Positions 34,524 through 44,440 of a stretch of 64,000 nt of DNA are shown piece by piece. Location: the NCBI GenBank assembly GCA_963674745.2, contig CAXXDV010000001.1, forward strand, positions 1,920,001 to 1,984,000. The letters are read 5' to 3'. The notes under the pieces are model-generated. The model was not told the origin of the DNA. It did no database searches and worked only from the letters and a program-made list of their open reading frames with translations. The position numbers and the translations under genes are program-made. The stretch's first letter is position 1; the number at the start of each line of letters is the position of its first letter. Origin of the DNA: Desulfosudaceae bacterium (lineage in GTDB: Bacteria > Desulfobacterota > Desulfobacteria > Desulfobacterales > Desulfosudaceae).

Positions 34524-35964
34524 TGATGATGAAGGCCTGCTTCATTTTTTGAGCCGGTTCTTTCTGCGTAAAGGGTTTGACGTTACCACTTTTGCAGATG
34601 CCCGCGAAGCCATCGATGCCCTGTCCAGTCAAGGTTTCGATCTGGTCATGCTGGATTACAAAATGCCCGATCTGAACGGTTTGGACGCTTTGGACCAGAT
34701 CAAAAAAATTGACGCAAAAACGCCGGTGATTCTCATGACCGCTTATGGCACTACTGATCTGACCATCGAAGCCATGAAACGCGGGGCTTATGATTATCTG
34801 GTCAAGCCTTTTGATCAGATGGATCTGACGCGCATTGTGGGTGAAGCACTGGCGGTCAATCGTCAGGTGAAGGATGTGGTCGGGTTTCCTGTGACCGAGC
34901 CGGCGCCGCGCTCTTTTTCCAAAACCAAAAGCGCCCTCCAGATCATCGGCAACAGCCGCAAAATGCAGGAAATTTATAAGATGATCGGTCAGATCGCGGA
35001 AAAGGATGTTTCCATTTTTATCACCGGTGAAAGCGGCACGGGCAAGGAACTTGTTGCAAGGGCCATTTATCATCATAGCCGTCGCAAAGATAAACCCTTT
35101 ATCGCGGTCAACTGCGGGGCGATTCCTGAAACCCTGTTTGAAAGTGAGCTTTTCGGGCACGAACGCGGTGCCTTTACCGGTGCCGACCGGACAGTTATGG
35201 GAAAAATTGAAAGGTGTGACCGGGGGACGTTGCTTCTGGATGAAATCACCGAAATGTCCCTGTCGCTTCAGGCCAAAATGCTGCGGGCTATTCAGGAAAA
35301 GGAAATCGAGCGCGTCGGCGGTAACCGGGTGATTCCCGTCGACGTCCGTATTCTGGCAGCCAGCAACAGGGATATCGAAAAAGAAGTGGAAGCCGGCCGT
35401 TTTCGTCAGGACCTCTACTGGCGGCTGAAGGTCATTTCGATCCACATGCCGCCCCTGCGGGAACGGAGCCAGGATATTCCCCTTCTGGTGAAATATTTTT
35501 TAGAACGTTTCTGTGCCGAATACAATATGGCCCGTTGTTATATCAAGGACAGCGCGCTCCAAAGACTTTCTGATTATTCCTGGCCGGGCAATGTGCGTGA
35601 ACTTGAAAACTGTGTGCGCCGGGCGGTGCTGTTGTCTGCCGGAAATGTCATTGCCGAAAAAGACCTGATGATTCCGGAGACTGAAGAGGAAAAACGGATT
35701 ATTGAACTCAGCCGGTCCGAGCTGCTGGGACGGCTTCGGGAAAAGCTGGAAGACATTATCCCGGACATTCTGCGGCTGTCCGACCAGAATGTTTATGCCA
35801 ATATCATTGGTCTGATGGAGGAAACCCTTATCGCTGAGGCCCTCCGTCAATGCGGTGATAACCAGGTGCAAGCCGCTAAAATGCTTGGCATCAGCAGGAA
35901 TACGCTGCGCGATCGTCTTAAAAAGCAGGTGGACCGGATCGACACCAATGACAACCCGGCTTGA
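34501..35964 (+). CDS. sigma54-dependent response regulator (NtrC family)
   Basis: Receiver domain, GESGTGKE, GAFTGA, WPGNVRELEN, Fis-type HTH (NQVQAAKMLGISRNTLR). Confidence 0.96.
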   Translation: MEKILLIDDDEGLLHFLSRFFLRKGFDVTTFADAREAIDALSSQGFDLVMLDYKMPDLNGLDALDQIKKIDAKTPVILMTAYGTTDLTIEAMKRGAYDYLVKPFDQMDLTRIVGEALAVNRQVKDVVGFPVTEPAPRSFSKTKSALQIIGNSRKMQEIYKMIGQIAEKDVSIFITGESGTGKELVARAIYHHSRRKDKPFIAVNCGAIPETLFESELFGHERGAFTGADRTVMGKIERCDRGTLLLDEITEMSLSLQAKMLRAIQEKEIERVGGNRVIPVDVRILAASNRDIEKEVEAGRFRQDLYWRLKVISIHMPPLRERSQDIPLLVKYFLERFCAEYNMARCYIKDSALQRLSDYSWPGNVRELENCVRRAVLLSAGNVIAEKDLMIPETEEEKRIIELSRSELLGRLREKLEDIIPDILRLSDQNVYANIIGLMEETLIAEALRQCGDNQVQAAKMLGISRNTLRDRLKKQVDRIDTNDNPA

Positions 35965-36047
35965 TGCCCTGGCCGATATACCCAAAAATGACCGGTTTCG
36001 CCCAGAGGCCGGTTTTTGATTTACCGGGTTTTTTCAAAGCGCCTTCA

Positions 36048-36083
36048 TGTTCAATTCCTGGATACCTGTTCAAGGTTTGTACA
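36048..36083. promoter_or_regulatory. Two tandem 17-bp imperfect palindromes: candidate enhancer (UAS) for the sigma54 promoter
   Basis: TGTTCAATTCCTGGATA (36048-36064) and TGTTCAAGGTTTGTACA (36067-36083), NtrC/Fis-like in size and symmetry, ~180-215 bp upstream of the -24/-12 site. Confidence 0.5.
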
Positions 36084-36260
36084 AGCACAAAAAAACCATT
36101 TAAATAAAATACTTGTAATTTTTTTGGTATCTGCTCAATTCCCCCTGATGCATTTTTTTGTGACGCCTCCCTGCTTATCGTACATACTCCGGCACCCTGA
36201 TCATGGGTAGAATCTGTTTAATTCTCAATATGTTAGATCTGATAAAAAAAATGACGGCTT

Positions 36261-36277
36261 TTGGCATAACCGTTGCA
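36261..36277 (+). promoter_or_regulatory. sigma54 (-24/-12) promoter
   Basis: TTGGCATAACCGTTGCA: TGGCA...TTGC with exact GG-N10-GC spacing, directly downstream of a sigma54 activator gene. Confidence 0.85.
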
Positions 36278-36344
36278 TTTTAAGCGTGTAACAGAGGGAT
36301 AAATTTTTTTGTTCAATTAATGCATTAAAAAGGGAGGACCTCCC

Positions 36345-36923
36345 ATGAAGAAAAATCAGGGGTATGAGTCAGCAGGATCTGTGGCAGTCGCACCACTTCG
36401 TCTCAGAACAATGAAAACGGATTTTGACAATGTTTTAGTGTCCGAAAGAATGGCCGAAATCATGTCCATGTGTGACCGCAACAATCCCGTTTACGAACAG
36501 GTTTCAAGTTTCTGCGTGGCGCTGTATGCGCTGGGGTTTTTTGATTGCCCGGATTTCATGTCGTTTCAGGATGTGTCCGCAGACGAAGCCGCAGAAATAT
36601 TACGAACGGATTTTTCTGAAATTGATTTGAATGAAATTCCTGAAAATTATCACATTACCCGATCAAAGGAACAGTATCTGCTGGTCATTGGTGACCCTCT
36701 CTTCCCAAGCCATTTTGCGGTAGTGGCAGACAAAAGCGCGGTACGGCCCTATTTTTCCAAGCTGCCTTTTTTCGGGGCCGGGTACGACAGTATGGATGAG
36801 CTGGAGAGGGAATTTGTCGGTATAGATGGCTTAACAGCGGAAGATTTTCATTTTTACCGTAAAAAATCGAGCGGTCGGATTCCGTCGTCATCCAGAGGTA
36901 AAATTTATATTGTTAAGGATTAA
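36345..36923 (+). CDS. Hypothetical protein, first gene of the sigma54 hyp-gdhA operon
   Basis: GGGAGG RBS; 192 aa; Cys (FCVALYALG), His (PSHFAVV), YFSKL pattern. Confidence 0.75.
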   Translation: MKKNQGYESAGSVAVAPLRLRTMKTDFDNVLVSERMAEIMSMCDRNNPVYEQVSSFCVALYALGFFDCPDFMSFQDVSADEAAEILRTDFSEIDLNEIPENYHITRSKEQYLLVIGDPLFPSHFAVVADKSAVRPYFSKLPFFGAGYDSMDELEREFVGIDGLTAEDFHFYRKKSSGRIPSSSRGKIYIVKD

Positions 36924-36939
36924 TAATTCATAAATTTGA

Positions 36940-38316
<1,377 letters not shown>

Positions 38317-38351
38317 CCGGTAGATAACCTTTTTACGAAACCGTCGGTTTT

Positions 38352-38389
38352 GCCCAAAAGCCCGGAGAAAAATCTTCGGGCTTTTGGGT
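38352..38389. terminator. Stem-loop between the convergent gdhA and PEP-synthase-like genes
   Basis: GCCCAAAAGCCCGGAGA / TCTTCGGGCTTTTGGGT inverted repeat. Confidence 0.7.
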
Positions 38390-38441
38390 TACGGGGAGCC
38401 CTCTTCATACGTCTCAAGCTCAAGCGGAAAGGGCCTAAAGG

Positions 38442-41048
38442 TTATCCTTTTGTTGACCCACCGGCCAGGCAACACAACACTCTCTGGGAAGCCACATCCG
38501 AGTGGATGGTCATACCGGTCTCCCGGACGTCCGCCACTTTGACCACATGCGCCAGATGCCCGTCCACCGGGCTGAGGACTTCCAGCAGGTTGGGCTGGTC
38601 CATAAACCACTGCCGGTTGAAACGAACGTCCGTCTGTTCCGGGTAAATGGCCATATAAAAAATTTGTGTTTCAATAAGATCATGAAAAAAGTGTGTACCA
38701 AATGACAGGTCCGGAATCAGGCTGCCGTCCCGGTAGCTGATTTCGGCCATGGCCGCGATATGATTGATTTCCGAAAAATGCACCGGCACACCCATGGCCG
38801 GTGTCTGGGTTCCCCACCGGCCCGGCCCCATAAGCAGGGTCGGGGTTTTTGCCCGGTCTGCGATGACCCTGTTCAGTTTGCCGACCAGGCGGGCCACGCT
38901 GTATTTCTCAGAAATAGACAGGCGGGTGTAAGACTCCGAGTCGACAAATATAATCATCGAAATCGGCTGGGCGATATTGCCGCCCATAAACCGGCCGTCC
39001 ATGCGAATAAGGGTGTTTTCCTCAGTCACGTTTTCCGGAAAAGGTTGGCTCCCCCCCATGCCGATGGTCTGGAAGGGGCGGCACTGGAGCAGGTTGATCT
39101 GAATGTCACCGGGTTGGTTAAAGTTAACTGTAAATTCAATATCCACGGGATAACGATAGGCGTTTTCAAGGCGCTTGAGAAGGGCGCTCATGACATCGAT
39201 AAAGGGTGTCGTGGTCAGAAACGGATCAAATGTTAAAATCCGCTGGTCCTTTTCCGGCCGTCCCATGTCCCGGAGCGCCTGAAGGGCTTCCGTATCCCGG
39301 GTGGTCAGAAGATCCATGCGAACGGGAACATGCTTTTCCAGCAAGGATTCAAAAGACAAGCTTTCAATACGGTTTTCGTCCAGATTCAGCAGATCCACGA
39401 AATGCTGGGAAAATCTTCGCAGGTCCTTCATTTCTGCCAGGGGTTTTACCAGAGGGTCATCCACCGCGATGATACGCGGGTAATCATTTTCCACACGGTC
39501 TACGGCGCGGGTTCCCAGACCGTATACCAGGCGGATCATGCCCGCTTTGGCATCCATTTCTTTTTTCCACACGAAGGGATTTTGGGAAAGCCCCACACCG
39601 GCCATTTCGGGGAAAAAGTAGTCTTTGTGATAGGTCCCGGAAACCCGCTGCACCAACAGGGCCATCTGTTCGTCCTGCCGGTCCAGTCCCCGTTGGAGGC
39701 GGTAGGCCAATGCATCTTCGTTCATGGCGCTGGCAAAAATGTAGCGGACGGCTTCTTCGAATTTTTTGTAGCGTTTATCAGGGGGGCCTTGATTGACGCA
39801 GAAGCAGCTTTCATACTTTCCGGCGAATGAACTGCCGAAGGCGTCTTCCAGCAGGCTGGAAGATCTGACAATAATGGGAGACTGGCCGAAATATTCCAGC
39901 ATCAGCTGAAACTGTTCCGTAATTTCATCAGGGAATACGCCGCTCAGCATATGCTCCCGCAGTTCAGCACCCCGTGCAAAATACCCCTCCCGTGTTTTAT
40001 GGGCCATGAAAAGTTTCCACCAGCCGTTCTGCACGATATAGGAATAAAACACATCCGAACCGATATAAAAGGAGTCATGTTGTTCGAGCATATCGGCCCA
40101 GTCAAAAACGGTGTCATTGGCCAGAATTTTCCGCGCCAGCAGCATGCCCACGGATTTGCCGCCGATAAATCCGGAACCGATAAGGCGGACTTTAATGCGT
40201 AAAAGATCGGCCAGCGTAAGGTGCTCCCGGATCATGGGCAGGATCTTTTTGTTCCGGGTCAGCATCAGGCGGCTGAGCTGTTCCACCATGTCCCTTTTTT
40301 CCTCTGGCAGGGCGTTGGACTCCTCAAGATTTCCGGCCTGCATAAACAAGCGGTCCCAGTAATCCAGATGCCGGTGGTCCACGCTGGTTTTCTGGCTGGC
40401 AAGATGGGTGAAAAGTTCGGTTGCGTCCACGCTGTTAATTACTGGCTGAAGCGTATTCTTCTGCCTTACGTGGGGAAAAAACATGGTCGGGGAATACCGG
40501 TGTTGCACCTTCACCGGGTGGATACAGACCTGTCCTTTGTAGTTGTATACTTCAATGAGCACCTGGGTGATTTCCCTTATGCGAGCAATGGCCTTAAAAG
40601 AATGCCTGTCCCGGAGAATCGCGAAATAAGCAATGGTATTGAGTTCAAAAAGATACGGACAGGTAATGGAAAAAAAATCACCGATCATCAGGTCCGTGGC
40701 CCAGAAGTGCAGCAGGTCGGACAAAGAATCAAACACATAGCAGACGTCTTTTCCTCCCCGGGTGATGATGCCATGCACCTGTGTGGAAAAGGACTCGAAT
40801 CCTTTTTCCATGTTAAGACGGTATACGGTCAGGTTTTTTCGTTCCTCAAGCAGTGCCGAATGGCGGGCAAAGCGGAAATATACCACCCGTTCGTTATTGG
40901 CCAGGGCGTTGTTGACAAAAGCGGTTACCAGGCGTTGATAGTCATCAATGGCATCCACCTGCCAGACCACATTGTCTCCCCGTCGCAGGTGGTCGATAAT
41001 CGAATCCAGGCTTTTCCAGCCCGTGCTGATATCGGAATATAACGTCAT
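38442..41048 (-). CDS. PEP/pyruvate-binding (PPDK_N ATP-grasp) domain protein with an N-terminal KaiC/RecA-like domain
   Basis: IGGKSVG, PIIVRSSSLLED..SFAGKY, MALLVQ, VDIEF, LLQCRP; C-terminal GPGRWG..SFGTHFF; no pyruvate-binding TIM barrel. Confidence 0.88.
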   Translation of the reverse strand: MTLYSDISTGWKSLDSIIDHLRRGDNVVWQVDAIDDYQRLVTAFVNNALANNERVVYFRFARHSALLEERKNLTVYRLNMEKGFESFSTQVHGIITRGGKDVCYVFDSLSDLLHFWATDLMIGDFFSITCPYLFELNTIAYFAILRDRHSFKAIARIREITQVLIEVYNYKGQVCIHPVKVQHRYSPTMFFPHVRQKNTLQPVINSVDATELFTHLASQKTSVDHRHLDYWDRLFMQAGNLEESNALPEEKRDMVEQLSRLMLTRNKKILPMIREHLTLADLLRIKVRLIGSGFIGGKSVGMLLARKILANDTVFDWADMLEQHDSFYIGSDVFYSYIVQNGWWKLFMAHKTREGYFARGAELREHMLSGVFPDEITEQFQLMLEYFGQSPIIVRSSSLLEDAFGSSFAGKYESCFCVNQGPPDKRYKKFEEAVRYIFASAMNEDALAYRLQRGLDRQDEQMALLVQRVSGTYHKDYFFPEMAGVGLSQNPFVWKKEMDAKAGMIRLVYGLGTRAVDRVENDYPRIIAVDDPLVKPLAEMKDLRRFSQHFVDLLNLDENRIESLSFESLLEKHVPVRMDLLTTRDTEALQALRDMGRPEKDQRILTFDPFLTTTPFIDVMSALLKRLENAYRYPVDIEFTVNFNQPGDIQINLLQCRPFQTIGMGGSQPFPENVTEENTLIRMDGRFMGGNIAQPISMIIFVDSESYTRLSISEKYSVARLVGKLNRVIADRAKTPTLLMGPGRWGTQTPAMGVPVHFSEINHIAAMAEISYRDGSLIPDLSFGTHFFHDLIETQIFYMAIYPEQTDVRFNRQWFMDQPNLLEVLSPVDGHLAHVVKVADVRETGMTIHSDVASQRVLCCLAGGSTKG

Positions 41049-41259
41049 GGGGCCTGCTCCTTTGCACCCTCAAATTGAGTTAATATCTTTGCTGATGCTG
41101 CAATAATCATAGCCCATCAGCGGGTTTAATTCAATTGTTAAGGCCAGCCCTCAGGACGTTATCGTCGCTTGGATAATATTTGTTGTTGGGAATCTTGCTG
41201 ATCAAACGATTTGTTTTTAAACCCTTGGATAAGATTTTTGTGCGACATGGCCAGCTGAT

Positions 41260-41326
41260 AAGGATAAAAGGGCTCAAGAGGCTATTTTTCAGTCGGTCCC
41301 TTGAACCCTTGAACCCTCGAATCCCT
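41260..41326. repeat. Octamer-repeat element, copy C
   Basis: Degenerate left arm AAGGATAAAAGGGCTCAAGAGG; right arm CCCTTGAA-CCCTTGAA-CCCTCGAA-TCCCT. Confidence 0.65.
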
Positions 41327-41464
41327 AAAAAATTGCCGGCGGTTGACTGAACAGACGCTCATGTCGTAACATATGCCAGCAATGCTCTGGTAGAGGCGCG
41401 ACTTCAAGCGTTAATGCCTGATGGGCAGCCGGTTAAGTGTTAGGGGGGCAATAAAATAACCGCT

Positions 41465-42247
41465 TTGAAGAAGAAAAAGTTTGTCCGACGTTTTACTAAA
41501 AGGGTTTTTACTCGGTTCCATATGAGTTTGATCCTTATATGTACAGTCCTGTCGGGTGTTATATTTTCGAAGTTCCTACTTTTTTCAGGGCTCAGCCATA
41601 TCGTAATCCGTTATAGTATTGTGCTGTTGTTCGCCTACAGCTGTTTTTTTATTTTAATGAGATTATGGCTGCAATATCTGACAGCACCTTACAGGAAATC
41701 TAAACGGAATGACAGCCTGATAGATGCTGCTGATGTAATTAGTAACTTTCCGGATTTGCCCCTCAGCAGGGGTGCTTCCAGGGTTGTCGGCCATGGCGGC
41801 AAGTTCGGTGGCGGCGGGGTGTCCGACGCCTGGGGGGAAGCCGGTGGTGTTGCCGAAACATTATCAACCGTGGGAGAAACAACCACCGGGGCAATCGGCG
41901 AGGGGGTGACGGGGGTTGGCGAGGTGGTTGCCGGGCTGGCGGATGAAGGGGGGATTGTTTTAATACCACTCATTGTTTTACTCGTTGTGCTCTTGGGTGG
42001 AGGCGTTTACCTCATTTATGAAGCACCCGTTATTTTCTCGGAGGCGGCATTCGAGATTGTCTTGGCAGCAACGCTTATCAAGAGAGCAAAGGCAATTGAC
42101 AGCCCTGACTGGATCGGGAGCGTTTTTCGTGCTACATGGCCCGCCTTCGTGTTGACGGCGGCCATCACAATCCTTGCCGGATGGGCGATGATGCACTACT
42201 TCCCAGGAGCGGCTAAAATTACAGACGTCGTCCGCAGCCTTATTTAA
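41465..42247 (+). CDS. Hypothetical integral membrane protein with a Gly-rich central loop
   Basis: TTG start; hydrophobic helices flanking GHGGKFGGGGVSDAWG. Confidence 0.7.
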   Translation: MKKKKFVRRFTKRVFTRFHMSLILICTVLSGVIFSKFLLFSGLSHIVIRYSIVLLFAYSCFFILMRLWLQYLTAPYRKSKRNDSLIDAADVISNFPDLPLSRGASRVVGHGGKFGGGGVSDAWGEAGGVAETLSTVGETTTGAIGEGVTGVGEVVAGLADEGGIVLIPLIVLLVVLLGGGVYLIYEAPVIFSEAAFEIVLAATLIKRAKAIDSPDWIGSVFRATWPAFVLTAAITILAGWAMMHYFPGAAKITDVVRSLI

Positions 42248-42318
42248 AACCACCTGCCACCGGGATTTTAATGTGTTGGAAGAAATCGAAGTTGAACAAA
42301 TAAGGCAGAAAAAAAAGA

Positions 42319-42380
42319 AAGGGTTCAAGGGGCCGTTTACGTCACTTGACCCCTTGAACCCTTGAATCCTAGAACCCTTC
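42319..42380. repeat. Octamer-repeat element, copy D
   Basis: AAGGGTTCAAGGGGCC ... ACTTGAC-CCCTTGAA-CCCTTGAA-TCCTAGAA-CCCTT. Confidence 0.75.
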
Positions 42381-42387
42381 AGTTCCG

Positions 42388-44043
42388 CTAGGAATTGATA
42401 ATCTTTCTGGCAAATTCGTCGTTGGCGTCGGCCACGTGAGAAATGCCGGTTTCGCGGGCGGTTTCCCGGTTGGCGGCAAACAGGTCGTCGCGGGTGATCT
42501 GGTTCAGTGCGAACTTTCTGGCGCCGGCCATAAGCTGCTGCAGTCCGCAGGAAAGCTTGTCGGCCAAGGTGCAGAAGGCGATGGCGCCGTAAGGAATATT
42601 GGCCATTTCTTTTTTACCGATTTTCTTTTCCACGTCAAAGTAGGACGCGAAAATTTCTTCGGGTTTGCTGCCGAGGTTGGAAACCGTTTTGGGCAGCGCG
42701 TCCCAGTTGCCCCAGATTTTTTCTTTGCGTTCCGGATGCAGAGCCCCTTCGATGTTGGCGCCGAGGTAACCCGGAATCATGATGGCCCGACCCATGCAGA
42801 TCAGCTTGGTGTAAGGTGCGCCCAGGGCGATGGCCTTGAAAATATGGTCTTCTAAGGCAAAGCCGCCGGCAAAAGAAAGGTCAACCACGTCCGCGCCCTT
42901 GGCGGCCAGCATGGCGGCATATTCGTGGGCCTTGGCATGCAGATTGATCGAGGGCACCCCCCAGCTTTGCATCATATTCCAGGGGCTCATGCCGGTACCG
43001 CCGCCGGAACCGTCTATGGTCAGCAGGTCAAGTTCGGCATCGGTAGCGAATTTGATGGCCATGGCCAGTTCGGTCATGCCGTAGGAACCGGTTTTCAGGG
43101 AGATTCGTTTGAATCCCAGGCTGCGCAGATACTCAACGCTGCTCATGAAATCTTCCCGTACCTGATCGACGCTATCCATGTTGGTGCCTCCCAGGCGGCT
43201 GTGCCGTGCGAAAGATTTGATGGCGCCCTCTTTAAACGCTTTCTGGACTTCTTTTTTGGTCGGATCCGGGTCAACCACGTATCCCCGTTGTTTCAAAAAT
43301 TGAGCGTAATCCAGGCTGGTGACCTGAATTTCGCCGCCGATATCTTTAGCACCCTGGCCCCATTTGAGCTCGATGATGCATTGGTTGCCGTATTTTTCGG
43401 CCACGAATTCGGCTACACCGTTGCGGGTGTCTTCTACGTTCAGCTGAACGATGATGGCGCCGTAGCCTTTGTCGGCATAGCGCAGATAGCCGTTTATGCG
43501 GCGTTCCAGTTCCGGCGCGCTTTTGATTTTGCCTTTTTTTGCTTTGCCCGCGCTGATCTGGGATTTGCGGTCAACGCCCACCACGTTTTCGCCGATGACC
43601 ACCGGAATACCACACAGGGCGCCGCCGATGGCAAATGAATCCCAATATCTTTCAGCAATAAAGGTGGAGCCCAGCGCGCCGGTCATTAACGGCATGCGGA
43701 CCTTTGTTTTCATCTTTTTACCGAATTGAGATTCAATGCTGACATTGGGGAAAATACAGTCGTCCGGATCGTTGCTCAATCCTTTGGGAAGACCATGGGC
43801 GCCGTAAGCGTATCCCTGGATGCGAAGGGCGTTATAGGAAACACCCACATGCGTGGTATTGTTGGCGCCGGCGGTGACCATGCCGAAGTCCCTGGGATAG
43901 AGTAATTTCCGGCCGACCATGCTGGACAGCCATGTTTCGCATTTGCCCTGACAATCCGCCCGGCAGAGGGTGCATAAGCTGGATTCCGCCGGATTACCGC
44001 GATTGGTCGTTCCCAGGGCGTCGTTGTTTTTTGAAAATCTCAT
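42388..44043 (-). CDS. FMN-binding glutamate synthase family protein (stand-alone FMN domain)
   Basis: N-terminal CxxCxxxCxxxC, IELKWGQGAK, TIDGSGGGTG, AGGF..IFKAIALGA, MGRA. Confidence 0.9.
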   Translation of the reverse strand: MRFSKNNDALGTTNRGNPAESSLCTLCRADCQGKCETWLSSMVGRKLLYPRDFGMVTAGANNTTHVGVSYNALRIQGYAYGAHGLPKGLSNDPDDCIFPNVSIESQFGKKMKTKVRMPLMTGALGSTFIAERYWDSFAIGGALCGIPVVIGENVVGVDRKSQISAGKAKKGKIKSAPELERRINGYLRYADKGYGAIIVQLNVEDTRNGVAEFVAEKYGNQCIIELKWGQGAKDIGGEIQVTSLDYAQFLKQRGYVVDPDPTKKEVQKAFKEGAIKSFARHSRLGGTNMDSVDQVREDFMSSVEYLRSLGFKRISLKTGSYGMTELAMAIKFATDAELDLLTIDGSGGGTGMSPWNMMQSWGVPSINLHAKAHEYAAMLAAKGADVVDLSFAGGFALEDHIFKAIALGAPYTKLICMGRAIMIPGYLGANIEGALHPERKEKIWGNWDALPKTVSNLGSKPEEIFASYFDVEKKIGKKEMANIPYGAIAFCTLADKLSCGLQQLMAGARKFALNQITRDDLFAANRETARETGISHVADANDEFARKIINS

Positions 44044-44093
44044 TCTGGTTCCTCCATTTTTCAGTTAATAGGATCTGGTCTTTCTAGCTCCCC

Positions 44094-44192
44094 AAAAAAA
44101 AACGCCTGATTTCCGGCTGGCCTTCACCAGCCCCGGAAACAGACGTCGTTGTCATTTTAATAAGGTCGCACGCCGTTGTGCATTCTTATTAA
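44094..44192 (-). promoter_or_regulatory. ANTAR-target dual-hairpin leader with overlapping intrinsic terminator
   Basis: Minus strand: P1 GCAC-AACGGC-GUGC (44181-44168), 14-nt linker, P2 GAC-AACGAC-GUC (44153-44142); both hexaloops have A1/G4; P2 3' arm overlaps the terminator stem ACGUCUG-UUUCCGG..CCGGAAA-U-CAGGCGU plus U tract. Confidence 0.88.
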
Positions 44193-44440
44193 GTTATATT
44201 TAACAAACGGAAGCTATTTAAGCTGTACTGAAGTTTTTTGTCAAGAAAAAAGTTAGTTGGAATAATTGTTAATTCTGTCTGTATCTTGTAATGTGTTTGT
44301 AAGCAGATCTGAACAGTTAACATGGATATTCGGTGTTTTTTCGAGGAAACGGCTTTTGCAGGCTTCATAAAACTATTGGCTGGTTAACCCGGTCGCAGTA
44401 AATTTCGAAAAATGTCCGGGTTAAAAAACGGTGGTGAACA

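Noticed and set aside
41364..41446. Integron attC site before the hypothetical membrane gene (TAAC at 41367, GTTAGGG at 41439, ORF ~20 nt later)
   Set aside because: Only the TAACA/TGTTA core pairs; I see no convincing L boxes or internal stem, no second attC after the ORF and no integrase. IntegronFinder would settle it.
44094..44192. Glutamine (glnA) riboswitch upstream of the glutamate synthase gene
   Set aside because: No three-stem junction or E-loop seen; the twin A1/G4 hexaloops plus the nearby ANTAR gene explain the leader better.
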